A stretch of DNA of 64,000 bases from Klebsormidium nitens (Eukaryota > Plantae > Klebsormidiophyceae): NCBI GenBank assembly GCA_000708835.1, contig DF237130.1, forward strand, positions 1-64,000. Direction: 5' to 3'. The translations under genes and the position numbers were made by a program. The notes beneath the pieces are model-generated. The model saw only the letters and a program-made list of their open reading frames with translations, was not told the DNA's origin and made no database searches. Every line of letters begins with the position of its first letter. The first letter of the stretch is position 1. Below are positions 32,501 to 46,110 of this stretch, piece after piece.

Positions 32501-34100
32501 TGGGTGGAGAACATATGTGTTTGCTCGAAGTTTGCTTACTGGCCCGGTTCCCAGCTTTGCAGTCGGTGCACCTGCAAGTCGCTGAAGGCATCATAACATA
32601 CATCCAGTTTCTGAATGCGAAAGTCTGTTTCGTCGCAGATATGGGATCATTGGCTGCCCACAAATAGCACCAGCGGAGAATCGCTGCGGGTGAGATCGAA
32701 ACAGCTGACTGCTCGAGTCCACGTTAGAAGGTCCCACCCTGTCGTACGCCTGTTCCGGCTCGAACTTCTCGTTTGTGACGCTAATCAAATCAGCAGATCC
32801 TGTCAGATGCAGTCGAGCTCTAAGACAAGTGTCTGAAAGCAATTTCCTCTCTAAGCTTGATCTCGACCGCTCATGTGCGCAGCCTCTCGTGCTGTTGCAG
32901 TTTTGGGAAAAGTGGATCACGGGACACATATCTGCATCTGAGAGGTTCTTGGACAAACCCGTTCTCCTCGAGGCAATCGGAGTGAGGTCAGCGTCTTTCT
33001 GACCACTCAGGTCTTGCATCTCTTTGACCCTTTTAGGGGACCCTTTGACCCTTTTAGGGGACCCTGAACTTGACAACCAGTTGTTTTATTGAACGGGCGT
33101 GTAAAAGTTTGCTCTTTGCGACTTACTTCAGGTACTCGAGATAGAGTGAGAGTGCTTGGGAGCCGGTATGCAGGATCTTTGAAGAATGATATGGATCAAA
33201 GCTTTTCTAGGTTTGCTTAAAGCTCACTGAAGATGAATCACTGCAGCGAAAAACTGAGAGTTATGTCCTCTGCTGCAGACGTGCAAGTCAGGAAGGTCGG
33301 AACCCTTTCTTCAAGCTGGCTTTTGACCTGATGTTCGAGTCCTTCAAAGGAAGAGGAGCAGGAGCGGGGACCTGTTTCTGGATGCTCAGTGACGACGGTA
33401 AGGCTCGCAGAAGAGCCTCTGAATGAGGAGAGCAGGCAGGGAGCACATCGACTCTGCTTTCATCTAACAAGGCTGTTCAATCGCGAATCCCGAGTTGCTG
33501 GGAAGTGCCAAAGATGCGTCACCAGAGTGTCGCGGGCTGGGAAAAACAAGGAATCCTTATGATTTTGCAGCGTACCCGGACTACGACGGCTCCACCGTCT
33601 ACTATCCCGCTCACGCCTCAACCGGGGTTCTCATCAAAGCGCAAGCGGAGAAGGTCCAGATCTTGGCCAAGAGGGAGGAGCGCATTCGCTACATTAATTC
33701 GCTCGTGAAGGCTCAGCTCAACCACTTTGGGACATCGCAGGAGGCTGGAGAGGAGGTCTCGAAGCTCGGCACACAACGGCCCACCAACAATGACGCGGTT
33801 TCAGAAGACTCCGTCGACTCTAACGCAGCACGCAAATTCCGAATGGCACTCGCTCGCCACCATCCTTACGTCAGGACCGACCCGACCACGAGGCAGCGGT
33901 TAGCACTCGAAGGGCCAGAGACAGGGGAGATAGGTCTAGATGATGTGTCTGATGACCGAGTAGCGGCCGCAGCAGTAGAGATCCGTTTGTTGTTGATTCT
34001 GTCCTTTTTATTCTGCGTGCTTGCCCTTTTCTTCATTTACCAGGCTGCTTTTCCAAGGAAGAGACTCGGACCCCGCGGGACAGGACTTTCAGAAGACTGA
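29505..34100 (+). CDS. GH5 endo-beta-1,4-mannanase-like protein with signal peptide and C-terminal TM segment; multi-exon
   Basis: Exons read FVKRQGHQFTLNGKRFF, NVMRTWAF, MLDYILLRASEYGIRLILPLVN, YGG, DDPTIFAFDLINEPR, DPNHL, KPVLLEAIG, GTCFW and a hydrophobic LLLILSFLFCVLALFFIY. Confidence 0.85.
33022..33063. repeat. Perfect 21-bp tandem duplication in an intron
   Basis: CTTTGACCCTTTTAGGGGACC x2. Confidence 0.9.
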
Positions 34101-35240
34101 TTGATAATGAAGGAACAGAAACCTATAAATCAGACAATGAGCTTGCAAAAAGGAAGGCGGTGTGCGGCCCATTTGTGCAGTTGCTAAGACTGCGGATTCA
34201 TGTAAACAGCTTCAAGAGCATCGTCAACTCAAGGGCCGCTTTCTAAAGCCTGCCAGGCTGCATGCAAAGTCTGCATTGCATATGACGTATTGGTGCGTAG
34301 TAGAACTTACTTATATGGACGTCGTGCTATAAAGTAAGTCACGTGGTATAATGAGCTGCCACACAACAACGGAATTCGCTTGGGATATCTGCATCCCGGC
34401 TGCATTCCATTCCAACTTTCCCTACAAATAATTGTGATTTTTGATGCGGGATCTGTGTGGATGTTGCGATTGCGAGCAATTCATATGCCAGGTCGAAAAT
34501 GCTCAAGGACTTGTGGCCAGTCGGCCGCGCCACCCTTGTTTAATCCATGCATGCTAATTGAAGTATTGCCAAATGCCGCGCAAAGTCGATTCACCAAACG
34601 GCCACCTAGGTTCTTTTCTGCTTTCATGACGTAATGATGGTGCAGAGCAGGTTTGCAATTTAATTGGCGGGCCAGCAGATGAGCTCGGCAATCTAAAAGA
34701 TTTGCATGACTGACTGCATATGAGCGCTTGTAATTGCTGCAAGGCGGCCGGCGCAGCTAGGCCCTGTTCGTGAGTTGCAAACGTCATGATGTCGGATTAC
34801 CGGCATTAGTAACGCGAGATCAAAGGCTCAAACGCGGATCGACGGTGTGCACAGTTGCGCATATCGATGCACAGGGCTGTACATGCACATCGACAGCGGC
34901 GTAGTATCGTGCCAAGCAGCGTAGACGGACTGGCAATCATGGCATGATGTGATCCTGACAGACCAAGATCCACATAACAGAGGGTCCTCGATTGGGAAGC
35001 CTTTCATTGCGTACGTAAGATCTGACACAAGCGCAGCAGCAATGACTGTCCGTCTCAACACGATTGGCCCGGCCGGCAATGTACATGCGTACTCCAAATG
35101 ACAGGTACTTTATTGTAATCTACACTGATCAAGGCTCTCTGATTTTACCAACGCCCCCGCGCCGGTCCGTTTCCTGGAAAGCTCCTGAGTCATGCTTGAA
35201 ACGGAGGACGTTCTACAACATGCAGCGTTGCGATCGAACC

Positions 35241-37292
35241 TCACACCTGGTCTGTAACATCTGCCTGATGGTGTTCGCTTCCCGTAGACACCGGCCTCTG
35301 CTCTTCCGACCTGCGGGGTTTCCCTTCTGGCCCCTCCCTCACCGGGTCATCTTTCTTGGCAGCCTCCGTGGCGTTCAGGTTTTGACTTCGTACTCTGCGC
35401 AGCGCAGCCTGAAGCCAGGGATTCCGGAGCTCGCTGACTAGCTGATGACACCAGCTCAGGTCCACCTCGATCGGAGCCGCGTCATGCACTACGAAGCCAA
35501 CAAAGACCAGCCAAACTGCCAGGATGTATGTCCACAGACCCTGCGAAACGATGATCCACTCTTTATCGATGGACTTGACGAACCTCTCCCGCAGAACCGT
35601 TGCTTCATTGCTCGAAGTTCCCTTTCATAGTGTTGGGAAGGAGCATGATCCAACTCCAACCTCGTAGGGCTATCAACCGATTCGAGATTGACATCTCTCG
35701 CAAAGTAGCAAACTCCTTTCTCAAAAAGTCGCACATACTCATATCTCCCACAAGTTGCCTACACAAGTACACAGTGGAACGTCCCACTGCCTCAAAAAGC
35801 GAAGCATAAATGGCCTCGGACCAAATTGGATACTACGCTCGTTAACTTCTAGTGTTCAGACAACAAGACATTCACCATCTGGTCCAAGGCGTCGCTAGAT
35901 CTCCTGATTAACTTACGAATGAACATTCCCTGCTCTATGGAAATACGAACGTATGGTGGGCTGGGGGATCCCCCTAGATACGAGACAGTTGTCAAAAAAT
36001 TGTCTGCGACAAAAGGGGTTAAAACACTTTCACGTAATCGCCACCTTACCGACCACAAATTTTCAGACAGTAAGATGGTAGCCATGAATTGATGCAACAA
36101 AGGGCTGAAGAATTACCTTATGGCGATGGTGCTCCGGGTCGTTCACCCTCAAAGCCAAGAAAGCTGCTGCCAATCCGACATAGAAGATGACTTTACCAGC
36201 CTGCGAGCAGGAAAAAGCCGTCAGATTGTGTTCGAAGGCTGGATGATACTGGCTGGTGCCTTTGTTCTCTCGCCTTTCTCAAAATAGACGATTGCGGAGG
36301 TGGATTCAAGACCTGACAGCACTCCCTAGCGACAAACGCCCCAGCTTTGCAATAGTCGTCACAAGGTTGTCTCAATCAAGCATCACTCGAATCAGTCCAA
36401 ATTTACGAAGAACACACTCATAAGGGAGGAGGAAAACTCACAAGCTTGTGGATCCTGCTGAGTTGTCCTGTGAACTTTTTGTATCTTTTGGGGAGTCCGT
36501 AGTACAAAAGTACTCCCCCGGCAGCTATCACCAAAAAGCCAACCAGAGCAGACAAGCCAACCCAAGTGTGAAGAGTGGTAAAGTGCTGTTTGGATGCCAT
36601 AGATCTGCTGGAGTATATGAAGATGAAGCCCAGGGCCGCCAGCGCCAATGAAGCTGCTTGGATGTATAAATGCAGTCTGAGTAGGAGCCCCCTCTGCTTT
36701 CCCTGCAATATGAAGCAAGCCTGTTGGTCAGAAGTTCAATTCTTCGGGGGCTATGCACAGAAACAAACCTAGGATCAGTCCGAATAGTTGCCGGGTCAGA
36801 CCACAGTATCCGTTCTGGAAGTCAGCCTGCTTGAGCATTTTAAAGGCTTGATTCAACAAAGTGCCCTCAACACTTGGGTGGATTTTCTGTCGCCCTACAA
36901 CATATGCGAGGCCCCAAGACCACTGCGACGACCTGAAAAGCTGGTTTGCAGAGCGTTGTTTCCAGTATGTACTTGAAGCCAACCGAACCCCTCACGTTGG
37001 GTAAACAGATCAAAGTAACATGTGTGTGCCCAATATTGGAAAGCTCATAATGCACCATCTTTCAACCACTCAAACAACGCATGACGCTCACCTTCGCATT
37101 CCTTGCTGCGATGATGCCTTCAGACATCAGAAAGATGCCGCCCGCAGACATTGCGAGGACGTGACCAGCAAATAAGATCTTCTCGTGGGAGAAGAACGTA
37201 GCGGTCAGGGCCAAGGGCAGGGTCCCCATCAGCACATGCGATAGCCAGGGCACATCATGAGGGAGCGATGAAGTTGAGGGAGGAGTCGACAT
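35241..37292 (-). CDS. Cytochrome b561 domain protein (CYB561D-like), multi-exon
   Basis: Heme-ligand His motifs GHVLAM...MSEGI, LHLYIQ, HFTTLHTWVG and RIHKL. Later exons read AGKVIFYVGLAA and GLWTYILAVWLVF. Confidence 0.8.
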
Positions 37293-37842
37293 GACTACTC
37301 AGCTGAGAATCGCTGGAGTGGACAGCAGATGACTGCTACTTCCCACTTTACCGAACCATGGGTCGCAGAACTGTTGTGTAGGCAGATTGGTTGTCTAGGG
37401 TGTTTCCAAAACTGCGCTTCACAACATCGATCCACAATGGCATTCTAAGCTCTCCGCTTCCGCTACTGCTCTTGATCCGAGGGCAACAATTGGTTGCCAA
37501 AGCCCAGCTCCAGCCCCTGCAATTCCAAACAAAGTAAAAGCCTTGCTGCCACAACTGAGCTGGAAATCCTAGCTTCTCAATTCACAGCGGCTGCAGTCCA
37601 CAGCGCTGATCCAGCTCCTCGTCCCAGCTCGAGATCTTCAGAGTCGTCTAGCACAATGTCAATGTCGCCTCACACAAAGCGAAGTCAACTTCTGTGCTTG
37701 CACAAGACCGCTCTTGACACATGCAGCTCCTCTCCTCACTCCAGGGGAAAAAGTGCAGATTTTCCAAGGATCAAGATCATGATCAGTTCGAATTGGCTGC
37801 TTGCAGGCCGCCTCAGGGTCGCCATAGATGATAGAGTAGACG

Positions 37843-40800
37843 ATGACATGGAGACAGGTGCGCAGGCCCAAGTCTGCTGCAGCATGCATGGGCGATGAGT
37901 CTGCTGCAGCTGAATGCACAAGAAACGTGCCACTTCAGGTGGACTTACCAGGCGGTGGGGCATACACGCCAGCCCAATGCTGGGGAAGTGGTCCAGCAGA
38001 CGTGATGAGAAGCATGGACACAGAAGCTACGGGCATTGCGGATAAAAATGATGAGATGTCAAAGCCAGCTATTGAGAAAGTGGACCAGCGGCCTGCAAAG
38101 CGGCCACGTTTGACGGACACTCAAAGCAACAACACAGACACAGCAGCTCGCAGCAGTTCTCAAGGAACATCTCCTGGTCCAAGCATACCTCTGCTCACTG
38201 AGGTGAGAATGTTGTGGTGATCTTCACTACACAGGCCAATGATCTCCATCAAACTGACCGAGGTTGCTTCAAAACTCCGTGACCTGACACTGAGATTCTG
38301 GCTCTGCGCTGTTTCTGACAGTCTTCATGAAAATGTACATCAAAAAGTTTTGGCTGCCTCAAGTCGATGTCTCAATCTGCAAACATTGGGGGGTGCAGTA
38401 AAGTAATGGTACCAAAAGCTGGTTGTTTATAAGCGAGCACGTTGTCTTCTTTGTGAGGTTCCCCCTCTCATCTCTCTTGACTGAAGTATGTGCTGCTGAT
38501 TGATAGAGGTATGGTATGATAAGTTAAATGCACCGCTCCAGTCTGGACTTCCTGCAATGTCAGACACTGAAAGGTTTGTGGAGACTAAAGTCCAGAGTTT
38601 TCACCCCCTGCAGATATGCATTCACCAGATTGCCTTGCTCGCGGGCTCGGCGCCTTCACTCTTTCACTGTTCATCGCGGCAGGTTTGGGAGCTTCCAAGT
38701 GATCTTGCTCAGAAGTTGTTCCAGGTCAGTGCACAGCCCCTTCACAAATCACGCCCAGCTTTAGTGATTGCTTTACTTAAATAAGTTTGAATCATCAGAT
38801 ACATAAGCCTGCTCTTAAGAAACATAATAGACCTACCTTCTATGTTGACATTCATGTCTTCAATGAAAGGAGAAGATCTCACTTCACCTGGTTGTAAAAG
38901 GACGGAGCAGTGGGGGAAGACCTGCAAACTTTTGAGGGCAAGCCACCATCCCTCTTTCTGAAGCGGTATGTTAGCTACAGGAAATGATCGGACAAGAAGG
39001 CTGTAATGTTAAGGCAAAGTCTCACTCTGGACTGACTTTCCCTCACTCATTCACAGCAATCCCTGCCACAAGTACGCGGCTTGGAGACGTTCTCGAATCT
39101 ACTGCACCCTGATCTGGACACCTTGAACCTTGAGGACAGCAACAGGCAGGTACTCTGGCGCAGCAAAAGAATGTTTCTCTAGCTGATCCAGAAAATGAAA
39201 GATCTGTTTGAATCTCTCATTGACCCTTGTTAGGATTGTTGTGCTGGAAATGCCAAGGAATACCTGTCTCGCCCAAATGATTCTTCCCAAATGACCTAGC
39301 ATGCTGAAAAGCTACGCGTTGATGTGAGCTTTGCTTTCACGCTGACTGCCTGACTGTTGCTTCTACGAGAGTTCATGCTAACTGCCTGTCTGTTGTTTAC
39401 TTTGTAGGCTGTTGCCGATTCAGGACGCTCTTGTCTGCTCCTCTATTCGGTGTCCACAGATACAGGTAGGGATCAGTGCTAGCCGGTACCAGTTCTGCGC
39501 TGTCAAAATCAGCCTTTGCACTCTCATAGATCTGTAATTTGGTCCCTGACGATAGTGCTTGGGTTAAAGAGGTCATCGACTCTCGTTGAAGGAGCGATCC
39601 CGATAAGATGAAGCAAGAGGCCCAGGAAGCCCTTACTCAACTTAACTTGAGCCCATCCTTAGATAGACTCTCCTTGTTTCTCCCTTGCAGCGGCTCTTTC
39701 TCCCCTCAAGGACCAGCGATCTGGACATTGTTCCTGCGTTGGTAAGGTGGTTCGAATATGAAAATCCGCGTTCATTTTAGGGATTTTAGGGAAGCCTGAT
39801 CCACACCCCTCTCGAATATGACCATGAATTTGTTGGGTTTTCAAAACTGCTTCTTATCTGTGCCTCGTCAGAGAAAGAGTGCCACCAACCTTGTTGAAAC
39901 AAACTTCTGCAAGGTACGTGGCTTTGTCTTCGTTCCAAGAGATATGTTGAGATTCCGCTTTGATGTAGGCAGGGCACGAAAAGGTGTGAGTTAGATGACT
40001 GAGACGTCTCGTACTCACTTGCGCAACTGGCACCCTCATATGAACACGATTAGGAAAACAGTTTTCACGAGAATTTTGAAGCAGCGGTACTAGAGGAGAG
40101 AGATCAAATATTTCTGGAAGAGATTTGTTAAGTGCTTATAGGCGTCTTTTTTTTTCCAGGTCCGCTTGGGCGGCCCCCCTTTCGTGCAGCGCCCTCGAAG
40201 GGTTTGTGAAAGGTGCAGGTGATTCTCGCACGATGCCTCGAGCTCGTAGCCGCAGTACAAGTTTTTAGAATCTTTCTCGGCTGTCGAAGTTACCGTTTTC
40301 GCGTGTGACCAAACGATGCCTTACAATTGCGAATGGAATGGAAATGATCCAGGGCTACGGAGAGTGTTGTGCTGTGGAAGTCCCGTGATGGAAGTCGAAA
40401 GAAGGAAGCAAAACCTTGTGGAGATGCATTTCTCTAAGCGCCTCAGGTTGGGCTTGTAAAAGATTGGTAATGCTCAAGGGCGACAGGATTCCACCAAGGA
40501 AGGACGAGTCGTTGTGATGTTCCTTCATATGTTGTGGTCCAGGCTTGAGATAAAGAGATATCCGTAGGCTTCTACTTCCAGCAAGCTTGCTCCGTCCCCG
40601 AATTTCGAGTGATCTTCGGAATGTTCGACGTCACCAGTTCACATCGCGCGCTCTGGCACGTGTGACTCGCTCAACAACGACTTTCTGGTCGCCGCAAAAG
40701 CACCTGACCCGTTCTCGGCTGCCCTGTTACAGGTGGGCTCCATACGCTATCCCTCGCAGGTTGTTCCCGCTTGCTTACCCGGGACCTCCGTTTTCAAAAA

Positions 40801-42347
40801 GCGACGGCTTTCTTACGAGCACTTGACCTCGGCAACTGCACGGTGCGTGAGCTCATCCGCCTTCTCATTCATCCAAGATCACGAGTTCTCGAAAGAAATT
40901 TCTCAGGACGGATTTTTTGCAGGTCCTGAATCCAGTTTAGCGCTCAATCAAGGCTGCGGTTCCAGTATATCAGGTTGGCACTACTTCTATGTCGTTTGGC
41001 TGGCTTTCTTGAAGCCTCTGGAATGCTCCTCTCCTCGGTATGACGACCAAAATTTCTCGCCATACACTGGTTCTCAAGGGTCAGAAGAATGCGTCCCGGG
41101 AAAGCACGACGTGTTGGTGGACTTGATGCGATTGATCTCCGGTTTTGAAATTTCGGACAGACGGACCGATACAGCTGACTCGAGCTGTCTTTTCCTGGCA
41201 GGCTTTGGACAAGTCTCTGTTCGACTTCTTGCCTCCCAGTCTCCAAAGGCTGCTTCTGCGGAATTGCTGGCGACTCTTCCAAGGGAGCCTGCAGACGCTC
41301 ATTCGAAATTGTCCCCTTCTGGAAGAGGTACTTTCGATTCCCACCCATTTCTCCTTTATGGCATACATCGTTCCTGTTTGCAGCCTGCTTTTGTCATCCT
41401 CGCGCTCACGAGAAGCTGCTGGTTCGCTATTGATTTGTGAACCTTCAGCCTTCTCATTGCATTTTCGATTGTAATGTTGAGCGCTAAGTGATTTACCCTG
41501 TAGCTAGCACCAGGAAGCTTCGCGTACCAAATCTTCTCGGACATACGTGGTTATCCCGTTTGCCCTTCGGCTATATTATTGCCGCATGAAGGAACATTGA
41601 GCTTTACCACGAAGATTTGGAGAAGTCGTAGGCAGGTTTGTGATGCTCGAAGGACAGGACACCAATCAGAAACTCTCAGGAGCCCAGTTTGTCGGTCGAT
41701 CAGAACCGACAAAACCGACGATCTAGTCAATGGTCTCTAAAGCTGTGTCTTAGGGATGCAGAACTCACGCCGTTCATGATCTCCTCTGTTTGCAGTTGGA
41801 CCTCTCCTTCGATGGTCTAATCGCCGCAGGTCTTGGACCCTTTGCAGCAGTGGCACTAGCAGACTTGAAGCATTTGAGAGTGTTGGATTTGAGCGATCAG
41901 GTGCGCATGCTGAAATGCATCCGAACTTTATGCTTTGTTTACCACGAGCGCCTTAAGCTACTAAGCTCTCCTTCTGCTTTGACAGTGAGCAGAATATTCG
42001 TAAGTAATGCTCTATGAGCTAATCGCAGAACCCTCTCAACGCTTTCGATGTGTACTAGGCCAACTTATTGGAATCCACCAGCGAGAAGGAAGGCGGCACT
42101 TTGAAAGGAGACTCGCGCTCTGAGATTCGTCTCGCGGCTCTGGGACTGACCTGACGTCTCTTTGTTGCAGGGAAACGTAGGCAGTGTTGCTCTGGACAAG
42201 CTCCGTAGAGCAAACCCGAGCCTGCAGCTTGTAAATAGGGCACCCACGAGCATGCTCGTAAAGTCTCATCAAAGCCGGGACGAAAGTGTTGTTGAAGCAG
42301 GTAGTCCGGGGATAAAAAAATCAGAACAGCTGACAACGGTGCAATAA
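37843..42347 (+). CDS. RNI-like leucine-rich repeat protein, multi-exon; start and some exons unresolved
   Basis: LRR exons FLRALDLGNCT (40760-40842), LQRLLLRNCW...CPLLEE, LDLSF...LKHLRVLDLSDQ. The last exon ends at 42347. Confidence 0.55.
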
Positions 42348-43531
42348 AGCTTCGCGAATGCAATGCTGTTGCATTCGAAGATCGCGGTATCAAACGAGGT
42401 CAAAGCTAACCCGGCGGAGCAGGACGTTGAAAACACAAAAGCCCCTCAGTGCATTAAGACATGACTGAGTAGCGGTCGAAAGGTTGGTCACATGCACGTC
42501 ATCAAGTGAGTACTAGATTCCATGTTCATAATCCATTGAACGGTCCTGGCATGCCGGAGATGATCCGACGGCCTCAGATTCTTTTGCGTACCACAAGTAG
42601 ACGTCAATTTAAGTCTCCGCCCCAATCTTTGCATGACTCGGAGATGTATGACATTGACAACATATGATCGATATGCATGGTAGTGCATTGAAGTGGCCGG
42701 CACGCGCGCGTCATGGTGCTTTGAACATGCGATTGCGCGGGCGCCTATATACCACGTTTTGCACCTGCATGTTTTTAAATCAGGATCGATTGCGTTGCTC
42801 AGATGATGCTGCATGCAAAACATACCGTACCTGCCTGCTTAGCATTAGGGTCTGCGTACGTATCATATTGCACTCAATTGAACCGTGGTTTGTTCTTGCA
42901 CATGAAAAAGAAAGGGTCTGACATGACCTGTTGAATCTTGATTGTGGACGTACAGCCTGGTACCTTTGGGCATGAGTACTAAGCGCCAGGCTGAATCTTT
43001 AACCGGCAATTAAAGCATCTCCTAGTGGCATGGGCACCATGCTGGCAATTTTGCGACGTTGCAGTCACAAAATCCGCTGAACTTGCAGTTTCGACCTACT
43101 CAAACCTGATCGTTGTACAGGCTCCAAGTCTCCGAACAATGGTTATATAACGGTTTGTGGCAGTGGCGGCTTCTCTTGGTGCAAGTAACTCTTCAACCGC
43201 AGCTGACTCGAAAAACTTGCCAGTCACGTTTCTGGTGATCCAACACGGGCCCACCTTAGATCCCCACTGTCCTACAGGACAACCACTACATACATATACC
43301 TACACCGACTTGTTCGAATCAGATTGTCGCGGCTTGCCATAAACTTCTTACTCCTAATGCCAACATGGTCGATTCAGAAATTACTATCTTGCTAGCTCTT
43401 CCGACCCCAGACTTGGCAGCAAAGAACAGTGCATGAGGTTAGTACCCCTTCAGTTCGGTCATGTTCGTACATCCCCTATTCTGATGCTGTGGGCTCCGTC
43501 AGTGACGTTTTACATGAAGCGATAGTGAGCA

Positions 43532-46110
43532 CTAAGGGTCAACGACAGCTTGTATAGAGCCGGGCAGCATCCACCGAGCGATGTAAAAGTAGATAATCAG
43601 ACCCGAAGAATCTACCACAGTCGTCATGAGCGGGGCGCTTGTGACAGCAGGATTGTACCTATGAAGAGAAGTCGATCGATCAGAGCGGCAAATTCCGTGC
43701 AGGGGGAACAATCTTCTGGCCACAGGAGCTCGCTAGCCAACAACGGCAAACTAAGACATCAAAAAGCGTGCCTTTCCAAACCCGCACTGGCAGCAGCAGC
43801 TCAATTCTGCTTTTTCAAGGACTCGTGCAACCTAGACATTATACAGCACGGGAGCTTGTCAAGGGAATAATGTTGTATTCCAGCCGCTCTGCATTAATGC
43901 CTCAGGGTCAGCAGACTTGGGGGCCAGCAGAGGGACAGGTGTGACGCCACCTGCGGCGTTCTAGCGGCCTGGCGGCCAATATTACCACCTTAGAGGATTA
44001 AGGAGAGATAGAGTTTTGCGAAAAGTTCTTACCCGAACTTGACCGCAAGCAGAGGAAAGAGCCCGCCCAGAGCGTTGGCCCAAAGAGAGACGACAGGAAG
44101 CGAGATGGCGACCGTCAAACCGACCTGCAAAGAGTGACGGTCAGATTCGAATCAAGGCACGGATTGTCGGTTGGAATTCAAATTCCGTAAGCCTTGCCCC
44201 GGCCGGACGCAGCAACACGTATCGCCTTTCCTGAGCAACTGTGAAGACTGGAGGTAACCAGTTCGGACAATGCCCGTTCGCCGACACTCATACGAACTGA
44301 GCGCCAATGGTGCAAGTGGATGCGGATCCTCTACAAGAGCCCAACGGACGTTGCTCTTGTTGGCTAGGGATATGCCAGCACGAATCGTTACAACGCCAAT
44401 AATGGTCCAGGGAAAGCTCAATATGTGAGGAAGAGGGCCTCGAAATTCGTGCCGGGAGACGACAAGAGCAGTTCATGGTGCTGAAAGGCTGTGTCAGATG
44501 TCTTTCCGACGCTGTCAAGAAAAGTTTCTCGCCCAGGCAGAACCAGAAAGCAGCACACGTGCAAAACAGTCAGCAACCTGCGCATGGAAAAGCGTCATCA
44601 CATGTGTCTAATATGAGTGAGCCGGCGTCTCACCATGACAGAGAGCCCGGACCACATGAACGACACCATAAAGATGACCACCCCCAGCAGCATCCCGATC
44701 ATGCACCCAGTGATGGCCTCTTTTCGCAGCACGTACGGCAAATCAACGGGGGACACGTGGCCTGCAGGCAAGGATACAAGAATAAGTACGCGGAACGGCT
44801 GTACGAACGAAGTCTTTGCCCTGTCCGCACGCTGCATACCGCTTTTGCTACGGCTCTGCAGAGTGCACGTCTTCGGTTGTAATTTGTGGAAACGCATGGA
44901 CTTTCTTCGCACGCAGGGGTAGAGCAGTGGAGATTATGTGGATAGAAGACGGGACTTCGTGAAGGCACTACCTAATACCTGAGCGTCCTTGTCAGCAGGT
45001 GCCAGATACTGGTTTGCGCCAATGAAGGCCGTCTTCAAACTGCTGTTCTTCCCTCTGAGGAATAGGTTTCGATTTTACACCGGCCGCTAGGACTGTGCTC
45101 TCTTTTAGGCCACTAACCAGAATAGAATCCCGGGCTCCCTGGTGTTTGGACTTTCAGGACATCAGAAGGGCGTCATGCCATGAAAGCTCACAACGTAAAA
45201 CCTTCAAAACCTGTGCACGGCATTCCTTTCAATAAGAGAACAAATGAGCATTACGAATGCGAACTGAAAGCTTGCATGATGAGAAAGGGAAACTGACCCA
45301 TTGCCATTGCTCGAATAACACTGGCCACAGCCTGTGACCCAGTGTTGCCGCCTGCATGGAAAGTGGACTGTTTAAACGCACTTATCAGTGAGGGGAAACC
45401 ATGCCGTCGGGTGATGGGTGCATAAGGGGGGAGCAAGGGAGAAAAAGTTTGGCCATAGCGGATGGTAGAAGCATTTGTGACCACAAAGCAATCAGCAGAT
45501 GGGGGTCTGTGAGAGAAGTAGCATGGCAGGACACTGGAGCAAAGAGGGAACTGGGACAGCGTCGGAGGCAAGGAAAAGGCAGAACCAAGCAGATAAACGC
45601 AACTCCATTTAAGACTAGGAAAGCGCGATCGCAGAAAAGCCAAAAGCGCTGACTCTGACCGTTGGCCGGAGTGGTTGCTTCTCACAAGATTTTGCTAAGA
45701 TCTGTAAAGCGACCTGAGCGTTGCAACCAAGTACTTAGGCGCAACATGAATCAGTAGATCACGAAAAGGGCTGAAAAGAGCGACTGAGACGCTTGCGCTC
45801 AGATGGTGGGCTCACCATGACCAATGAGGAGGGGCACCTGAACATAAAGAAGGGCTCTGATCAGGTCACCGTAGACAGACCTAATGCTGGGGTAGGCAGC
45901 AGCAGTGCAAAGCCATTTGGTTGCTGTATATTGCGCAAGCCATGTTCAGAGCAGCACACCTCCGTATACTTGACACGGCCAGCGGTCTAGACTTACGAAG
46001 TAGCTGAGCTCCACTTCCCGCCGCAGGATGTCGTGAAACTCCTCGATTACAAACGCGGCAACCACGAGGCCCAGGAAGAAGAACACAAGCCAGCCCCCCC
46101 GACTCCGTAT
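43532..46110 (-). CDS. MgtE/SLC41-type magnesium transporter, multi-exon, 5' partial
   Basis: Exons read GGWLVFFFLG...ELSYF, VPLLIGH, GGNTGSQAVASVIRAMAMG, LPVVSLWANALGGLFP and NPAVTSAPLMTTVVDSSG. Confidence 0.85.
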
